NCBI RefSeq assembly: GCF_003334815.1 | Contig: NZ_QOWO01000006.1 | DNA length: 64,000 nucleotides | Direction: 5' to 3' (one strand) | Source of the DNA: Escherichia coli | GTDB lineage: Bacteria > Pseudomonadota > Gammaproteobacteria > Enterobacterales > Enterobacteriaceae | Shown here: one piece after another, positions 20,375 through 34,599 of the stretch | Layout: every line of letters begins with the position of its first letter | Numbering within the stretch: position 1 is the stretch's first letter | Translations under genes and position numbers: made by a program | Notes under the pieces: model-generated | The model's database searches: none | What the model saw: the letters and a program-made list of their open reading frames with translations, nothing else | Told to the model about the DNA's origin: nothing

Positions 20375-20797
20375 CTAACGCCGATCGAGAGAAATTGCCC
20401 CCGGCCCGGTAATTGCCAATAGCAAGAACGCGCCAGCGATACTGACATTCTTCCAGAAATTAATCATATTTGGCCCAACCGCATCGCCGGTCATATCCCA
20501 GTAATGGTGACCAATCACCGCCGTACCCAGCGTGTAGAAAATAAACAGCACCGCCAGCGGACGGGTGAAAAAGCCAAGCACGATTAATATCGCGGCGGGC
20601 ACTTCCATAACTACCGCAATAATCGCTGCCAGCATCGGCATTGGCGCGCCCAACGAGGCCATATATTGGACCGTACCGTCAAAGCCCATCATTTTGGGAA
20701 AACCAAAAATAATGAAAATTAAGACCACGGCGATACGGGCAATTAATAACAAAACGGGGCGGGCAGCTCCAAAATCAAAATAACGTAGTGTGTTCAT
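20375..20797 (-). CDS. yphA: DoxX-family inner membrane protein, 140 aa
   Basis: Track ORF 20375..20869; start MNTLRYFDF; four predicted TM helices. Confidence 0.85.
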
Positions 20798-20893
20798 AAC
20801 CAATCCCTTTGCAAGATAATGTGATTTAAACGTAATACACACTCTTGCACCTCGCCACGCCCCAGGCATTGAGATATTCGCTAATTATCCTGG

Positions 20894-22120
<1,227 letters not shown>

Positions 22121-22933
22121 TTAAAGATCCAGCCCAGCCGCTACGTGGCGAATGCCGCGAATCGCTAAACCCGCATCAGCGTTGATCATCACACCGCTTA
22201 ATGCGCGATTATTGCGCCGCGATGTCAACATCACATACGGCCCCGTAAAATCCGCCGGTTGCGGGAAAAATTGCAGCGGTAAAATGGCGGCAATTTTCTC
22301 CGGCGTCAGAGACTGCATTATCGAGGTTTCACTTTGCCCGAGCGCCTGTGGGCCGCGCAGGTCGCTGGCCATACCACACGGGCCGACGCCATTCACCCGC
22401 ACTTTCGGTGCCAGTTCATAAGCCAGTTGGCGAATAAGTCCGGTTGCGGCATGTTTACTGGCGGTGTACAGCGGGCCACCGCCGCCAGGATACCAGGCGG
22501 CATTTGACAGTGTGAAAATCATGCTGCCTTCACTGGCGATTAACGCCGGAGCGCAGGCTTTTGCGCCCAGCAGGTAACCGAGAACATTGACGTTAAACAG
22601 CTCGTGGAAGCCGGTTTCGAGCGTCTCTGCGGGAGTATTAACCAGTGAGGCATTGTGATCCCAGATGCCTGCATTGCCGATAAAACAATCCAGCTTGCCG
22701 GAACGAGTCAGGATCTGATCGACCGCGCGTTGATAATCGGCATAACAGGTCACGTTACCTTCCACCGCCAGAATATGTTCGCCAAATCGCTGACGCAGAC
22801 TGGCGACTTTTGCCGCCGACAGTTCCAGCGTGGCAACCTGCGCGCCTTCTTCGATAAATCGCTCGACCAGCGCCAGCCCTAATCCCGATCCGCCGCCGGT
22901 AATAAAAATGGACTCGTTATGCAGATCGCTCAT
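22121..22933 (-). CDS. hcaB: 2,3-dihydroxy-2,3-dihydrophenylpropionate dehydrogenase (SDR family), 270 aa
   Basis: SDR motifs TGGGSGLG and YTASK; 4-nt overlap with hcaC. Confidence 0.93.
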   Translation of the reverse strand: MSDLHNESIFITGGGSGLGLALVERFIEEGAQVATLELSAAKVASLRQRFGEHILAVEGNVTCYADYQRAVDQILTRSGKLDCFIGNAGIWDHNASLVNTPAETLETGFHELFNVNVLGYLLGAKACAPALIASEGSMIFTLSNAAWYPGGGGPLYTASKHAATGLIRQLAYELAPKVRVNGVGPCGMASDLRGPQALGQSETSIMQSLTPEKIAAILPLQFFPQPADFTGPYVMLTSRRNNRALSGVMINADAGLAIRGIRHVAAGLDL

Positions 22934-23249
22934 GGCTGCGCCTCCGGTAAGTCGATGAAAATGTCACCACCTTCAACGTGTACTGGATAAGTGGTGAGCG
23001 GATCGGTGGCGGGCAGGCATAACGCTTTCCCCGTTTTCAGGCAAAAACTGGCGGCGTGTAGCGGGCACTCCACCGTGGCGTCATCTTCCAGATACCCTTC
23101 TGACATTGACGCATTACCATGGCTGCAACGATCGTTAATGGCATAAAACTCGCCGCCAACGTTGAACAGGGCGATGACGGGCGAGGTATCGATCCGGAGA
23201 GCCTCACCCTCCGGCACATCCGCAACGGGACACGCATAAATTCGATTCA

Positions 23250-23250
<1 letters not shown>
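22930..23250 (-). CDS. hcaC: Rieske-type ferredoxin of 3-phenylpropionate dioxygenase, 106 aa
   Basis: Rieske motifs CSHGNASMS ... CPLHAASF. Confidence 0.93.
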
Positions 23251-25162
<1,912 letters not shown>

Positions 25163-25261
25163 CTATTTTTGTGCCATAAGGATGTTGCTGGTTGGTTGCT
25201 AATATGTGAAATAGTTAATTTCTACCAGCTGAGACGTTTTTTCGATAACAAGGGGAAGGTG

Positions 25262-26152
25262 ATGGAACTACGGCATTTACGCTATTTCGTCGCAGTGGCG
25301 CAGGCACTGAACTTTACCCGTGCGGCGGAAAAACTGCATACCTCACAGCCTTCGTTAAGCAGCCAGATCCGCGATCTTGAAAACTGTGTCGGTGTTCCGT
25401 TACTGGTGAGGGATAAGCGCAAAGTCGCGTTGACGGCGGCGGGAGAATGTTTTCTCCAGGACGCGCTGGCAATCCTCGAACAAGCGGAAAATGCCAAATT
25501 ACGGGCGCGGAAAATTGTTCAGGAAGACAGACAATTAACCATTGGCTTTGTGCCATCGGCGGAAGTGAATTTACTGCCAAAAGTATTACCGATGTTTCGT
25601 CTCAGACAGCCAGACACCTTGATTGAGCTGGTGAGTTTAATCACCACGCAACAGGAGGAAAAAATTCGCCGTGGTGAACTCGACGTCGGCTTAATGCGCC
25701 ATCCTGTTTATAGCCCGGAGATTGATTATCTGGAGCTTTTTGACGAACCATTAGTGGTTGTGTTACCGGTTGATCACCCTTTAGCACATGAAAAAGAGAT
25801 CACCGCCGCGCAACTGGATGGCGTGAATTTCGTCAGTACCGATCCGGTGTATTCCGGTTCGCTTGCGCCGATCGTTAAAGCGTGGTTTGCGCAAGAAAAC
25901 AGCCAGCCAAATATCGTCCAGGTGGCAACGAATATTCTGGTGACCATGAATCTGGTGGGCATGGGGCTGGGCGTCACTTTGATACCCGGTTATATGAATA
26001 ATTTTAATACCGGACAGGTTGTTTTTCGTCCCATTGCCGGAAATGTGCCTTCCATTGCTTTACTGATGGCGTGGAAGAAAGGGGAGATGAAGCCGGCATT
26101 ACGCGATTTCATCGCCATTGTGCAGGAACGTTTGGCAAGCGTAACGGCATAA
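25262..26152 (+). CDS. hcaR: LysR-type transcriptional activator of the hca operon, 296 aa
   Basis: Track ORF 25169..26152; start MELRHLRYFVAVAQ (LysR HTH) preceded by AAGGGGAAGG RBS; divergent from hcaE. Confidence 0.93.
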   Translation: MELRHLRYFVAVAQALNFTRAAEKLHTSQPSLSSQIRDLENCVGVPLLVRDKRKVALTAAGECFLQDALAILEQAENAKLRARKIVQEDRQLTIGFVPSAEVNLLPKVLPMFRLRQPDTLIELVSLITTQQEEKIRRGELDVGLMRHPVYSPEIDYLELFDEPLVVVLPVDHPLAHEKEITAAQLDGVNFVSTDPVYSGSLAPIVKAWFAQENSQPNIVQVATNILVTMNLVGMGLGVTLIPGYMNNFNTGQVVFRPIAGNVPSIALLMAWKKGEMKPALRDFIAIVQERLASVTA

Positions 26153-26311
26153 TTACGCATTATTTTTGCAACATGCGTCGCGGATCTCAGTTTTTTAGTG
26201 CTTGTGAACTGGCGTTACAGACATCGGGAAGCAGGCTCGAATATTCTTATTTTTCAACTTGCACCAACATTCGATTAACCCCAGACTAACGCCTCCTGAC
26301 GGGAGGGACTC

Positions 26312-27451
26312 ATGGTTTTGCAATCCACTCGCTGGTTGGCGCTCGGCTATTTCACATACTTTTTTAGTTACGGCATTTTTCTACCTTTCTGGAGCGTCTG
26401 GCTTAAAGGGATTGGTTTAACGCCAGAAACCATCGGCCTGTTATTGGGGGCAGGTCTGGTTGCCCGTTTCCTCGGGAGTTTGCTCATCGCGCCCCGCGTC
26501 AGCGATCCTTCCCGCCTGATTTCCGCCTTGCGCGTGCTGGCACTGCTGACACTTCTCTTTGCTGTCGCCTTCTGGGCGGGGGCGCACGTAGCGTGGCTGA
26601 TGCTGGTGATGATTGGCTTTAACCTCTTTTTCTCACCACTGGTACCGTTGACCGATGCACTGGCGAATACGTGGCAAAAGCAGTTCCCGCTTGATTACGG
26701 CAAAGTGCGACTGTGGGGCTCGGTGGCGTTTGTCATTGGCTCGGCGCTGACGGGCAAACTGGTCACTATGTTTGATTATCGGGTGATCCTCGCGCTGTTG
26801 ACGTTGGGCGTGGCATCCATGCTGCTCGGCTTTCTCATCCGTCCGACGATTCAGCCACAAGGGGCAAGTCGCCAGCAGGAGAGCACCGGTTGGTCTGCGT
26901 GGTTGGCGCTGGTTCGCCAGAACTGGCGCTTTCTGGCCTGCGTTTGTTTATTGCAGGGGGCACATGCGGCCTATTACGGTTTTAGCGCCATTTACTGGCA
27001 GGCAGCTGGCTACTCGGCCTCGGCGGTGGGGTATTTGTGGTCGCTGGGCGTGGTGGCGGAAGTCATTATCTTTGCGCTGAGTAATAAACTTTTCCGCCGT
27101 TGTAGTGCACGCGATATGCTGTTGATCTCGGCGATTTGCGGCGTAGTGCGCTGGGGCATTATGGGAGCAACTACGGCGTTGCCGTGGTTGATAGTGGTGC
27201 AAATTCTGCATTGCGGCACCTTCACGGTCTGCCACCTGGCCGCCATGCGTTATATTGCTGCTCGCCAGGGTAGCGAAGTCATCCGTTTACAGGCGGTTTA
27301 CTCTGCCGTCGCGATGGGCGGCAGTATCGCTATCATGACCGTTTTCGCCGGTTTCCTGTATCAATATCTGGGCCACGGCGTGTTCTGGGTAATGGCGCTG
27401 GTGGCGCTTCCGGCAATGTTTTTGCGCCCGAAAGTTGTTCCCTCATGCTGA
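26312..27451 (+). CDS. hcaT: MFS transporter (probable 3-phenylpropionate permease), 379 aa
   Basis: 12-TM hydrophobic ORF downstream of hcaR. Confidence 0.9.
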   Translation: MVLQSTRWLALGYFTYFFSYGIFLPFWSVWLKGIGLTPETIGLLLGAGLVARFLGSLLIAPRVSDPSRLISALRVLALLTLLFAVAFWAGAHVAWLMLVMIGFNLFFSPLVPLTDALANTWQKQFPLDYGKVRLWGSVAFVIGSALTGKLVTMFDYRVILALLTLGVASMLLGFLIRPTIQPQGASRQQESTGWSAWLALVRQNWRFLACVCLLQGAHAAYYGFSAIYWQAAGYSASAVGYLWSLGVVAEVIIFALSNKLFRRCSARDMLLISAICGVVRWGIMGATTALPWLIVVQILHCGTFTVCHLAAMRYIAARQGSEVIRLQAVYSAVAMGGSIAIMTVFAGFLYQYLGHGVFWVMALVALPAMFLRPKVVPSC

Positions 27452-28723
27452 TTCGAGCATTTTGCGGATCTGCTCCTGTTGATGTGTTGTCAGCGTCAGG
27501 TCCGTATAGATCAGCGGTGGTGAAAAGAGCGGTAATGGCATGGTATAAGGCGCAATAATCAGTGCCGCGCCACGCGGAGCGCCTGTCTGCAAAAATGCCT
27601 TTACCGACATATGCTTAATGTTGAGCGGCAGTAACGTTAGTTCGCGTAACTGCTGCTCAATCTGCGCTTCTCGCTCGCTATCATTCCCGGTAAGAAGAAT
27701 AATCTGTTTTTCATGCAGATCGTTTTCCTGCATTAGCCAGGCACCGAAAATCACCGCGACCAGACCACTTTCCTCATCAGAAAGATGGACGCCGTATTCA
27801 CTTTCAAATCCGGCCAGCGCCGCGCGGGTGGTGCGCACCAGGCGTGGGTACAGTCTGGCGAACTCTTCCGGCAGGGTATTATCAATACCGATGGCAAACA
27901 AACTGCGATTTAACGCCTGGGCGAGGTGGGTATAAAGCTGATCACATAACCCCTGTTCATCATAAAAACGAACATTTCCCAGCTCACGAAAATGGTTTAC
28001 CAGACGTTTGATAGACTGACGCAATTGTCTGTCCCGCTGATGCGCATCCCGCAATGGATCGGGAACCCGCAACATGGAAAAAAGTAGTGCCATAAACAGT
28101 GGCTCATCAGGTGGTACAGGCTGGAGCGCCCGACGCTGCCAGTGGCGTCCAATTTCCTGCGCTACCTGAAATTCAAGGCAGGATTCCGCCCAGCGACGTT
28201 GGAGCGGATTAAACTGAGGCGTAATTCCAGCGTGGTGCTGCAGCAAACAATATTGCAGATACAGACACAGGAAATGAATATCGCGCGATTCAAAGCGTTT
28301 TTGCAGCCGTCGGGAGCAGAGATTCACTAACGCTTGTAGATTGGTATCGTCGTAAAAGTTACGCGCAATTCCGCGCCGCTTCAGTTCACTCTTCAGGGCG
28401 GGGGTGAATTGGCTGGTAATAAATGACGGACACAGACGGAAACCACGTCGTAGCCAGTGAAATAAACACAAACGTTGGTTAAGCACTGTACCTTCAACCC
28501 GGTAGCTACCGTCATAACCAGTCGTCAGTGTGAGTTGATGATAGCGCAGGATCTCCCGTCCTGTTTCGCTGATATCAAGACTGGCAATATCATCATCCAC
28601 ACCATTAAGCTCGCTGAAGGTTGCCATGGTGGCGGTCAACCCCGGCTGAAAGAGCGTCAGCAAGATCTGGCAGCGGCGCTGGGGAGCCGAAAGGACAGAT
28701 GGTGGAGCAAGCGTAGGCATCAT
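27443..28723 (-). CDS. csiE: stationary-phase-inducible protein CsiE (PRD-domain protein), 426 aa
   Basis: Track ORF 27443..28744; start MMPTLAPPSV; 3' end overlaps hcaT stop by 9 nt (convergent). Confidence 0.88.
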   Translation of the reverse strand: MMPTLAPPSVLSAPQRRCQILLTLFQPGLTATMATFSELNGVDDDIASLDISETGREILRYHQLTLTTGYDGSYRVEGTVLNQRLCLFHWLRRGFRLCPSFITSQFTPALKSELKRRGIARNFYDDTNLQALVNLCSRRLQKRFESRDIHFLCLYLQYCLLQHHAGITPQFNPLQRRWAESCLEFQVAQEIGRHWQRRALQPVPPDEPLFMALLFSMLRVPDPLRDAHQRDRQLRQSIKRLVNHFRELGNVRFYDEQGLCDQLYTHLAQALNRSLFAIGIDNTLPEEFARLYPRLVRTTRAALAGFESEYGVHLSDEESGLVAVIFGAWLMQENDLHEKQIILLTGNDSEREAQIEQQLRELTLLPLNIKHMSVKAFLQTGAPRGAALIIAPYTMPLPLFSPPLIYTDLTLTTHQQEQIRKMLESA

Positions 28724-28913
28724 CTGTAGATCTCCCATAAGCATAATTGATAAGAATAGCTAAAGTTTGCTCAAGGAAATGGCGAAGGGAATGCTAATCA
28801 TCAGAAATGTTGGCAAGCGTCACAGAATTTTTCTCATCTTAAACTGTTCTGACCAGTGGATTAGCATGTCTTAAGGTGGTTTTGTGAATGATTATCGTGC
28901 TAGCGATCATGGG

Positions 28914-29768
28914 TTAGTTCTGCGGATTCAACGCGCTAAGGATAAAGTCCACCATCTGTTCGCGATAAACATCGCCGTGACGATCGGAAAAAGCATCAAT
29001 GTGTTCGCCATCCGGGATTAGGATCAACCGTTTTGGCTCTTTTGCCAGGCTATACAACTTTTCGCTGTGCTGCCATGGGATAACGTGATCAGCTTTACCG
29101 TGAATGAGTAAAAGCGGGATCGGGCTGACGCTGGCGATATAATTTTCGCCGCTGTAACTCTCATCAAGTAAGTAGCCACTGCCGGGGATCATCTGGTTGG
29201 CGATGGTTGCATAAGAGGCAAATGTGGAGTCGAGGATCACCGCACGTATGCCTTCACGATCACCCCGACCAATAACATCCAGAATATTCGCCCCGCCAAT
29301 ACTCTGCCCGAACAGCACCAGACGTTGTGGGTTTACATCACTGCGATGGCGCACCACATTGATGGCACTTTGCGTATCGTCCAGCAATCCGGCCTGGGAC
29401 GGCGTGCCTTTTGATTTACCAAACCCGCGATAATCAAACATAAAAACGTTGAAATTACGCTCGGGTAACCAACTGACCAGCGGCCAGTGGGCGGACATAT
29501 TTCCGGCATTGCCGTGAGCATGAATGATGGTTGCGATGGCGTTGTCAGCAGGGCCCGTCGAAGAAGGGATAAACCAGCCTTGCAGACGAGTACCGTCCTT
29601 AGCCGTAAATTCGACGGATTCCGCCGACCAGGGATCGGGACCGTAAATTTTATCGTCGGGATAATAGAAGAAGTTGATGGCAACGCGCGGCACTAAATAA
29701 ACGCAGAAGGCAACAACAAAGAGAATAAACAGAATTTTGGGAACGCGTTTGTTCACTGGCAGTGCCAT
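28914..29768 (-). CDS. yfhR: alpha/beta-hydrolase (S9 peptidase-like) with N-terminal membrane anchor, 284 aa
   Basis: Track ORF 28914..29795; start MALPVNKRVP; nucleophile elbow GQSIGG; HGxAD motif. Confidence 0.85.
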   Translation of the reverse strand: MALPVNKRVPKILFILFVVAFCVYLVPRVAINFFYYPDDKIYGPDPWSAESVEFTAKDGTRLQGWFIPSSTGPADNAIATIIHAHGNAGNMSAHWPLVSWLPERNFNVFMFDYRGFGKSKGTPSQAGLLDDTQSAINVVRHRSDVNPQRLVLFGQSIGGANILDVIGRGDREGIRAVILDSTFASYATIANQMIPGSGYLLDESYSGENYIASVSPIPLLLIHGKADHVIPWQHSEKLYSLAKEPKRLILIPDGEHIDAFSDRHGDVYREQMVDFILSALNPQN

Positions 29769-29912
29769 AACCTTTCCTTGCGACTTCTTTATCATCCATT
29801 AATCGGGGAAAGATGGTGGGAGAGTGACGAAAGAAAGTAAAGCAGTGAGGAAGTATTTCGGAATAGCGCCTGAAAGGCGAGGGCGGGTGAGTGATATCAC
29901 CCGCCTGAGTCA

Positions 29913-30716
29913 TTAACGCTTCAGAGCGTCGCTTAACTCGTCACGCATGTTCGCCAGCATGGCTTTAACAACGCGCGGGTTACCAGCAACGATGTTACCG
30001 GTCAGCATGTAGTTATGACCACCGGTGAAGTCGCTGACGATGCCGCCCGCTTCACGAACCAGCAGCTCGCCTGCGGCGAAGTCCCACGGGCGCAGACCGA
30101 TTTCAAAGAAACCGTCAACACGACCCGCAGCGACGTAAGCCAGATCCAGCGCCGCAGAACCGGTACGACGGAAGTCTGCACATTCGTTGAACAGTTTGCC
30201 GACGATGTTGATGTAGGTAGTGGCGTACTGTTTTGCTTTGAACGGGAAGCCGGTCGCCAGAATAGTACCGTCGAGATCGCGAGCGGTGCTGCCGCGCAGT
30301 CGGTAGCCGTTCAGCTGTGCGCCCTGACCGCGAGTGGCGGTGAACAGTTCGTTACGCATAGGATCGTATACCACAGCAACTTCGGTGCGGCCTTTGATAC
30401 GAACAGCGATAGATACCGCGAAGTGCGGCAGACGTTTGATAAAGTTGGTAGTGCCATCCAGTGGATCGATAACCCATTGAACATCCTGATCAGTACCTTC
30501 AAGTTCACCGCTTTCTTCGGTGATGATGGTGTGCTGTGGGTAAGATTTACGAATCGTGTCGATAATCACCGCTTCGGCAGCTTTATCTACGTTGGTCACG
30601 AAATCGTTACTGCCTTTCTGGCTCGCTTCTACAGCGTCCGGGGTTTCATAGTTTTTGGCAATTAAATTACCCGCCTTGCGCGCTGCGCGCACGGCGATGT
30701 TCAGCATCGGATGCAT
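29913..30716 (-). CDS. suhB: inositol monophosphatase, 267 aa
   Basis: IMPase motifs WVIDPLDGT and AAG; MHPMLNIAVRAARKAG N-terminus. Confidence 0.95.
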   Translation of the reverse strand: MHPMLNIAVRAARKAGNLIAKNYETPDAVEASQKGSNDFVTNVDKAAEAVIIDTIRKSYPQHTIITEESGELEGTDQDVQWVIDPLDGTTNFIKRLPHFAVSIAVRIKGRTEVAVVYDPMRNELFTATRGQGAQLNGYRLRGSTARDLDGTILATGFPFKAKQYATTYINIVGKLFNECADFRRTGSAALDLAYVAAGRVDGFFEIGLRPWDFAAGELLVREAGGIVSDFTGGHNYMLTGNIVAGNPRVVKAMLANMRDELSDALKR

Positions 30717-30834
30717 CGGTCTCTCTCACTGGATGTTAAAGAACGGGAAAACGGCGCAGAGTATAGCAGCGAGATCGGCATCTGTCTTCGTTTTATGATA
30801 AGATGCGTGAATAATCTTTAGATGAAGAAAGACA

Positions 30835-31575
30835 ATGCTGCAAAATATTCGAATTGTGCTGGTGGAGACGTCACACACCGGCAATATGGGTTCTGTTGCC
30901 CGTGCCATGAAAACAATGGGATTAACCAATCTGTGGCTGGTTAATCCACTGGTGAAACCCGACTCCCAGGCGATTGCCCTGGCAGCAGGGGCCAGCGATG
31001 TGATTGGTAATGCTCACATCGTCGATACGCTCGACGAAGCGTTAGCCGGTTGTAGCCTGGTGGTGGGCACCAGCGCACGTTCCCGCACGCTGCCATGGCC
31101 GATGCTCGACCCGCGCGAATGCGGCCTGAAAAGCGTCGCTGAAGCGGCAAATACCCCGGTGGCGCTGGTGTTTGGTCGCGAGCGCGTCGGCTTGACCAAT
31201 GAAGAGTTGCAGAAATGCCATTATCATGTCGCGATTGCGGCTAACCCGGAATACAGCTCGCTGAACCTGGCGATGGCGGTTCAGGTTATTGCCTATGAAG
31301 TGCGCATGGCCTGGCTGGCAACTCAGGAAAACGGCGAGCAGGTCGAGCATGAAGAGACGCCGTATCCGCTGGTCGATGATCTGGAGCGTTTTTATGGTCA
31401 TCTGGAACAAACGCTGCTGGCAACCGGTTTTATCCGTGAAAACCATCCGGGGCAGGTGATGAATAAATTGCGCCGTCTGTTTACCCGTGCGCGCCCGGAA
31501 AGCCAGGAGTTGAATATCCTGCGCGGGATTCTGGCTTCTATTGAGCAGCAGAATAAAGGTAACAAGGCCGAATAA
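30835..31575 (+). CDS. trmJ: tRNA (cytidine/uridine-2'-O-)-methyltransferase TrmJ (SpoU family), 246 aa
   Basis: SPOUT-class fold, [21 protein letters not shown]-terminus; divergent from suhB. Confidence 0.93.
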
Positions 31576-31760
<185 letters not shown>

Positions 31761-31800
31761 CAGGTACAAACGCCACGATAAAAAAATGGCACTGAAGGTT

Positions 31801-31853
31801 AAATACCCGACTAAATCAGTCAAGTAAATAGTTGACCAATTTACTCGGGAATG
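31801..31853. promoter_or_regulatory. candidate IscR binding sites (type 1) upstream of the isc operon promoter
   Basis: AAATACCCGACTAAATCAGTCAAGTAAAT and ATAGTTGACCAATTTACTCGGGAATG resemble the IscR type-1 motif; located 80-135 bp upstream of iscR. Confidence 0.55.
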
Positions 31854-31935
31854 TCAGACTTGACCCTGCTATGCAATACCCCCACTTTTACAATAAAAAA
31901 CCCCGGGCAGGGGCGAGTTTGAGGTGAAGTAAGAC

Positions 31936-32424
31936 ATGAGACTGACATCTAAAGGGCGCTATGCCGTGACCGCAATGCTTGACGTTGCGCTCAACTCTGA
32001 AGCGGGCCCGGTACCGTTGGCTGATATTTCCGAACGTCAGGGAATTTCCCTTTCTTATCTGGAACAACTGTTTTCCCGTCTGCGTAAAAATGGTCTGGTT
32101 TCCAGCGTACGTGGACCAGGCGGTGGTTATCTGTTAGGCAAAGATGCCAGCAGCATCGCCGTTGGCGAAGTAATTAGCGCCGTTGACGAATCTGTAGATG
32201 CCACCCGTTGTCAGGGTAAAGGCGGCTGCCAGGGCGGCGATAAATGCCTGACCCACGCGCTGTGGCGTGATTTGAGCGACCGTCTCACCGGTTTTCTCAA
32301 CAACATTACTTTAGGCGAACTGGTTAATAACCAGGAAGTGCTGGATGTGTCTGGTCGTCAGCATACTCACGACGCGCCACGCACCCGCACACAAGACGCG
32401 ATCGACGTTAAGTTACGCGCTTAA
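31936..32424 (+). CDS. iscR: Fe-S cluster regulator IscR (Rrf2 family), 162 aa
   Basis: Rrf2 HTH and the three cluster-ligand cysteines ([13 protein letters not shown]). Confidence 0.97.
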
Positions 32425-32535
32425 TAAAAAGAATTCAGAATCAGGCCGGAGTGCTAAATACTCCGTAAACACGGTCGTACATCCAGCCGGTAGCCTGATT
32501 CCTTGCATTGAGTGATGTACGGAGTTTATAGAGCA

Positions 32536-33750
32536 ATGAAATTACCGATTTATCTCGACTACTCCGCAACCACGCCGGTGGACCCGCGTGTTGCCGAGAA
32601 AATGATGCAGTTTATGACGATGGACGGAACCTTTGGTAACCCGGCCTCCCGTTCTCACCGTTTCGGCTGGCAGGCTGAAGAAGCGGTAGATATCGCCCGT
32701 AATCAGATTGCCGATCTGGTCGGCGCTGATCCGCGTGAAATCGTCTTTACCTCTGGTGCAACCGAATCTGACAACCTGGCGATCAAAGGTGCAGCCAACT
32801 TTTATCAGAAAAAAGGCAAGCACATCATCACCAGCAAAACCGAACACAAAGCGGTACTGGATACCTGCCGTCAGCTGGAGCGCGAAGGTTTTGAAGTCAC
32901 CTACCTGGCACCGCAGCGTAACGGCATTATCGACCTGAAAGAACTTGAAGCAGCGATGCGTGACGACACCATCCTCGTGTCCATCATGCACGTAAATAAC
33001 GAAATCGGCGTGGTGCAGGATATCGCGGCTATCGGCGAAATGTGCCGTGCTCGTGGCATTATCTATCACGTTGATGCAACCCAGAGCGTGGGTAAACTGC
33101 CTATCGACCTGAGCCAGTTGAAAGTTGACCTGATGTCTTTCTCCGGTCACAAAATCTATGGCCCGAAAGGTATCGGTGCGCTGTATGTACGTCGTAAACC
33201 GCGCGTACGCATCGAAGCGCAAATGCACGGCGGCGGTCACGAGCGCGGTATGCGTTCCGGCACTCTGCCTGTTCACCAGATCGTCGGAATGGGCGAGGCC
33301 TATCGCATCGCAAAAGAAGAGATGGCGACCGAGATGGAACGTCTGCGCGGCCTGCGTAACCGTCTGTGGAACGGCATCAAAGATATCGAAGAAGTTTACC
33401 TGAACGGTGACCTGGAACACGGTGCGCCGAACATTCTCAACGTCAGCTTCAACTACGTTGAAGGTGAGTCGCTGATTATGGCGCTGAAAGACCTCGCAGT
33501 TTCTTCAGGTTCCGCCTGTACGTCAGCAAGCCTCGAACCGTCCTACGTGCTGCGCGCGCTGGGGCTGAACGACGAGCTGGCACATAGCTCTATCCGTTTC
33601 TCTTTAGGTCGTTTTACTACTGAAGAAGAGATCGACTACACCATCGAGTTAGTTCGTAAATCCATCGGTCGTCTGCGTGACCTTTCTCCGCTGTGGGAAA
33701 TGTACAAGCAGGGCGTGGATCTGAACAGCATCGAATGGGCTCATCATTAA
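32536..33750 (+). CDS. iscS: cysteine desulfurase IscS, 404 aa
   Basis: Track ORF 32512..33750; start [14 protein letters not shown]; PLP-lysine [12 protein letters not shown] and active-site SSGSACTS. Confidence 0.97.
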
Positions 33751-33777
33751 TCGGTATCGGAATCAGGAGAATTTATA

Positions 33778-34164
33778 ATGGCTTACAGCGAAAAAGTTAT
33801 CGACCATTACGAGAATCCGCGTAACGTGGGTTCCTTTGACAACAACGACGAGAACGTCGGCAGCGGCATGGTGGGGGCACCGGCCTGTGGCGACGTGATG
33901 AAGTTGCAGATTAAAGTCAACGATGAAGGTATCATTGAAGACGCGCGTTTTAAAACTTACGGCTGCGGTTCCGCTATCGCTTCCAGCTCCCTGGTCACCG
34001 AATGGGTGAAAGGGAAGTCTCTCGACGAAGCGCAGGCGATCAAAAACACCGATATTGCTGAAGAACTTGAACTGCCGCCGGTGAAAATTCACTGTTCTAT
34101 TCTGGCAGAAGACGCGATCAAAGCCGCCATTGCGGACTATAAAAGCAAACGTGAAGCAAAATAA
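33778..34164 (+). CDS. iscU: Fe-S cluster scaffold IscU, 128 aa
   Basis: Conserved GAPACGDVMKL, LPPVK and cysteine ligands. Confidence 0.97.
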   Translation: MAYSEKVIDHYENPRNVGSFDNNDENVGSGMVGAPACGDVMKLQIKVNDEGIIEDARFKTYGCGSAIASSSLVTEWVKGKSLDEAQAIKNTDIAEELELPPVKIHCSILAEDAIKAAIADYKSKREAK

Positions 34165-34180
34165 GAGTTGAGGTTTGGTT

Positions 34181-34504
34181 ATGTCGATTACACTGAGCGA
34201 CAGTGCAGCAGCGCGAGTAAATACCTTTCTGGCTAACCGCGGTAAAGGGTTTGGCCTGCGTCTGGGCGTGAGAACCTCCGGGTGTTCAGGTATGGCTTAT
34301 GTACTGGAATTTGTTGACGAACCGACGCCGGAAGACATCGTGTTTGAAGACAAAGGCGTGAAAGTCGTGGTCGATGGCAAGAGCCTGCAATTTCTGGACG
34401 GTACGCAGCTGGACTTCGTAAAAGAAGGCCTGAACGAAGGGTTTAAATTCACCAACCCGAACGTCAAAGATGAGTGTGGTTGCGGCGAAAGCTTCCACGT
34501 TTGA
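34181..34504 (+). CDS. iscA: Fe-S cluster assembly A-type carrier IscA, 107 aa
   Basis: Track ORF 34175..34504; C-terminal CGCGESF motif. Confidence 0.95.
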   Translation: MSITLSDSAAARVNTFLANRGKGFGLRLGVRTSGCSGMAYVLEFVDEPTPEDIVFEDKGVKVVVDGKSLQFLDGTQLDFVKEGLNEGFKFTNPNVKDECGCGESFHV

Positions 34505-34517
34505 TGCGCATACCGAT

Positions 34518-34555
34518 AACCCCACCGTGGTCGCCTGCGCGTGGGGTTTGTTTTA
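34518..34555 (+). terminator. intrinsic terminator/attenuator hairpin between iscA and hscB
   Basis: AACCCCAC ... GTGGGGTT stem followed by TGTTTT. Confidence 0.55.
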
Positions 34556-34599
34556 CCTGATTCGCCGTTATCGCGGCGGATCGCAGCCCTGAGAATGTT

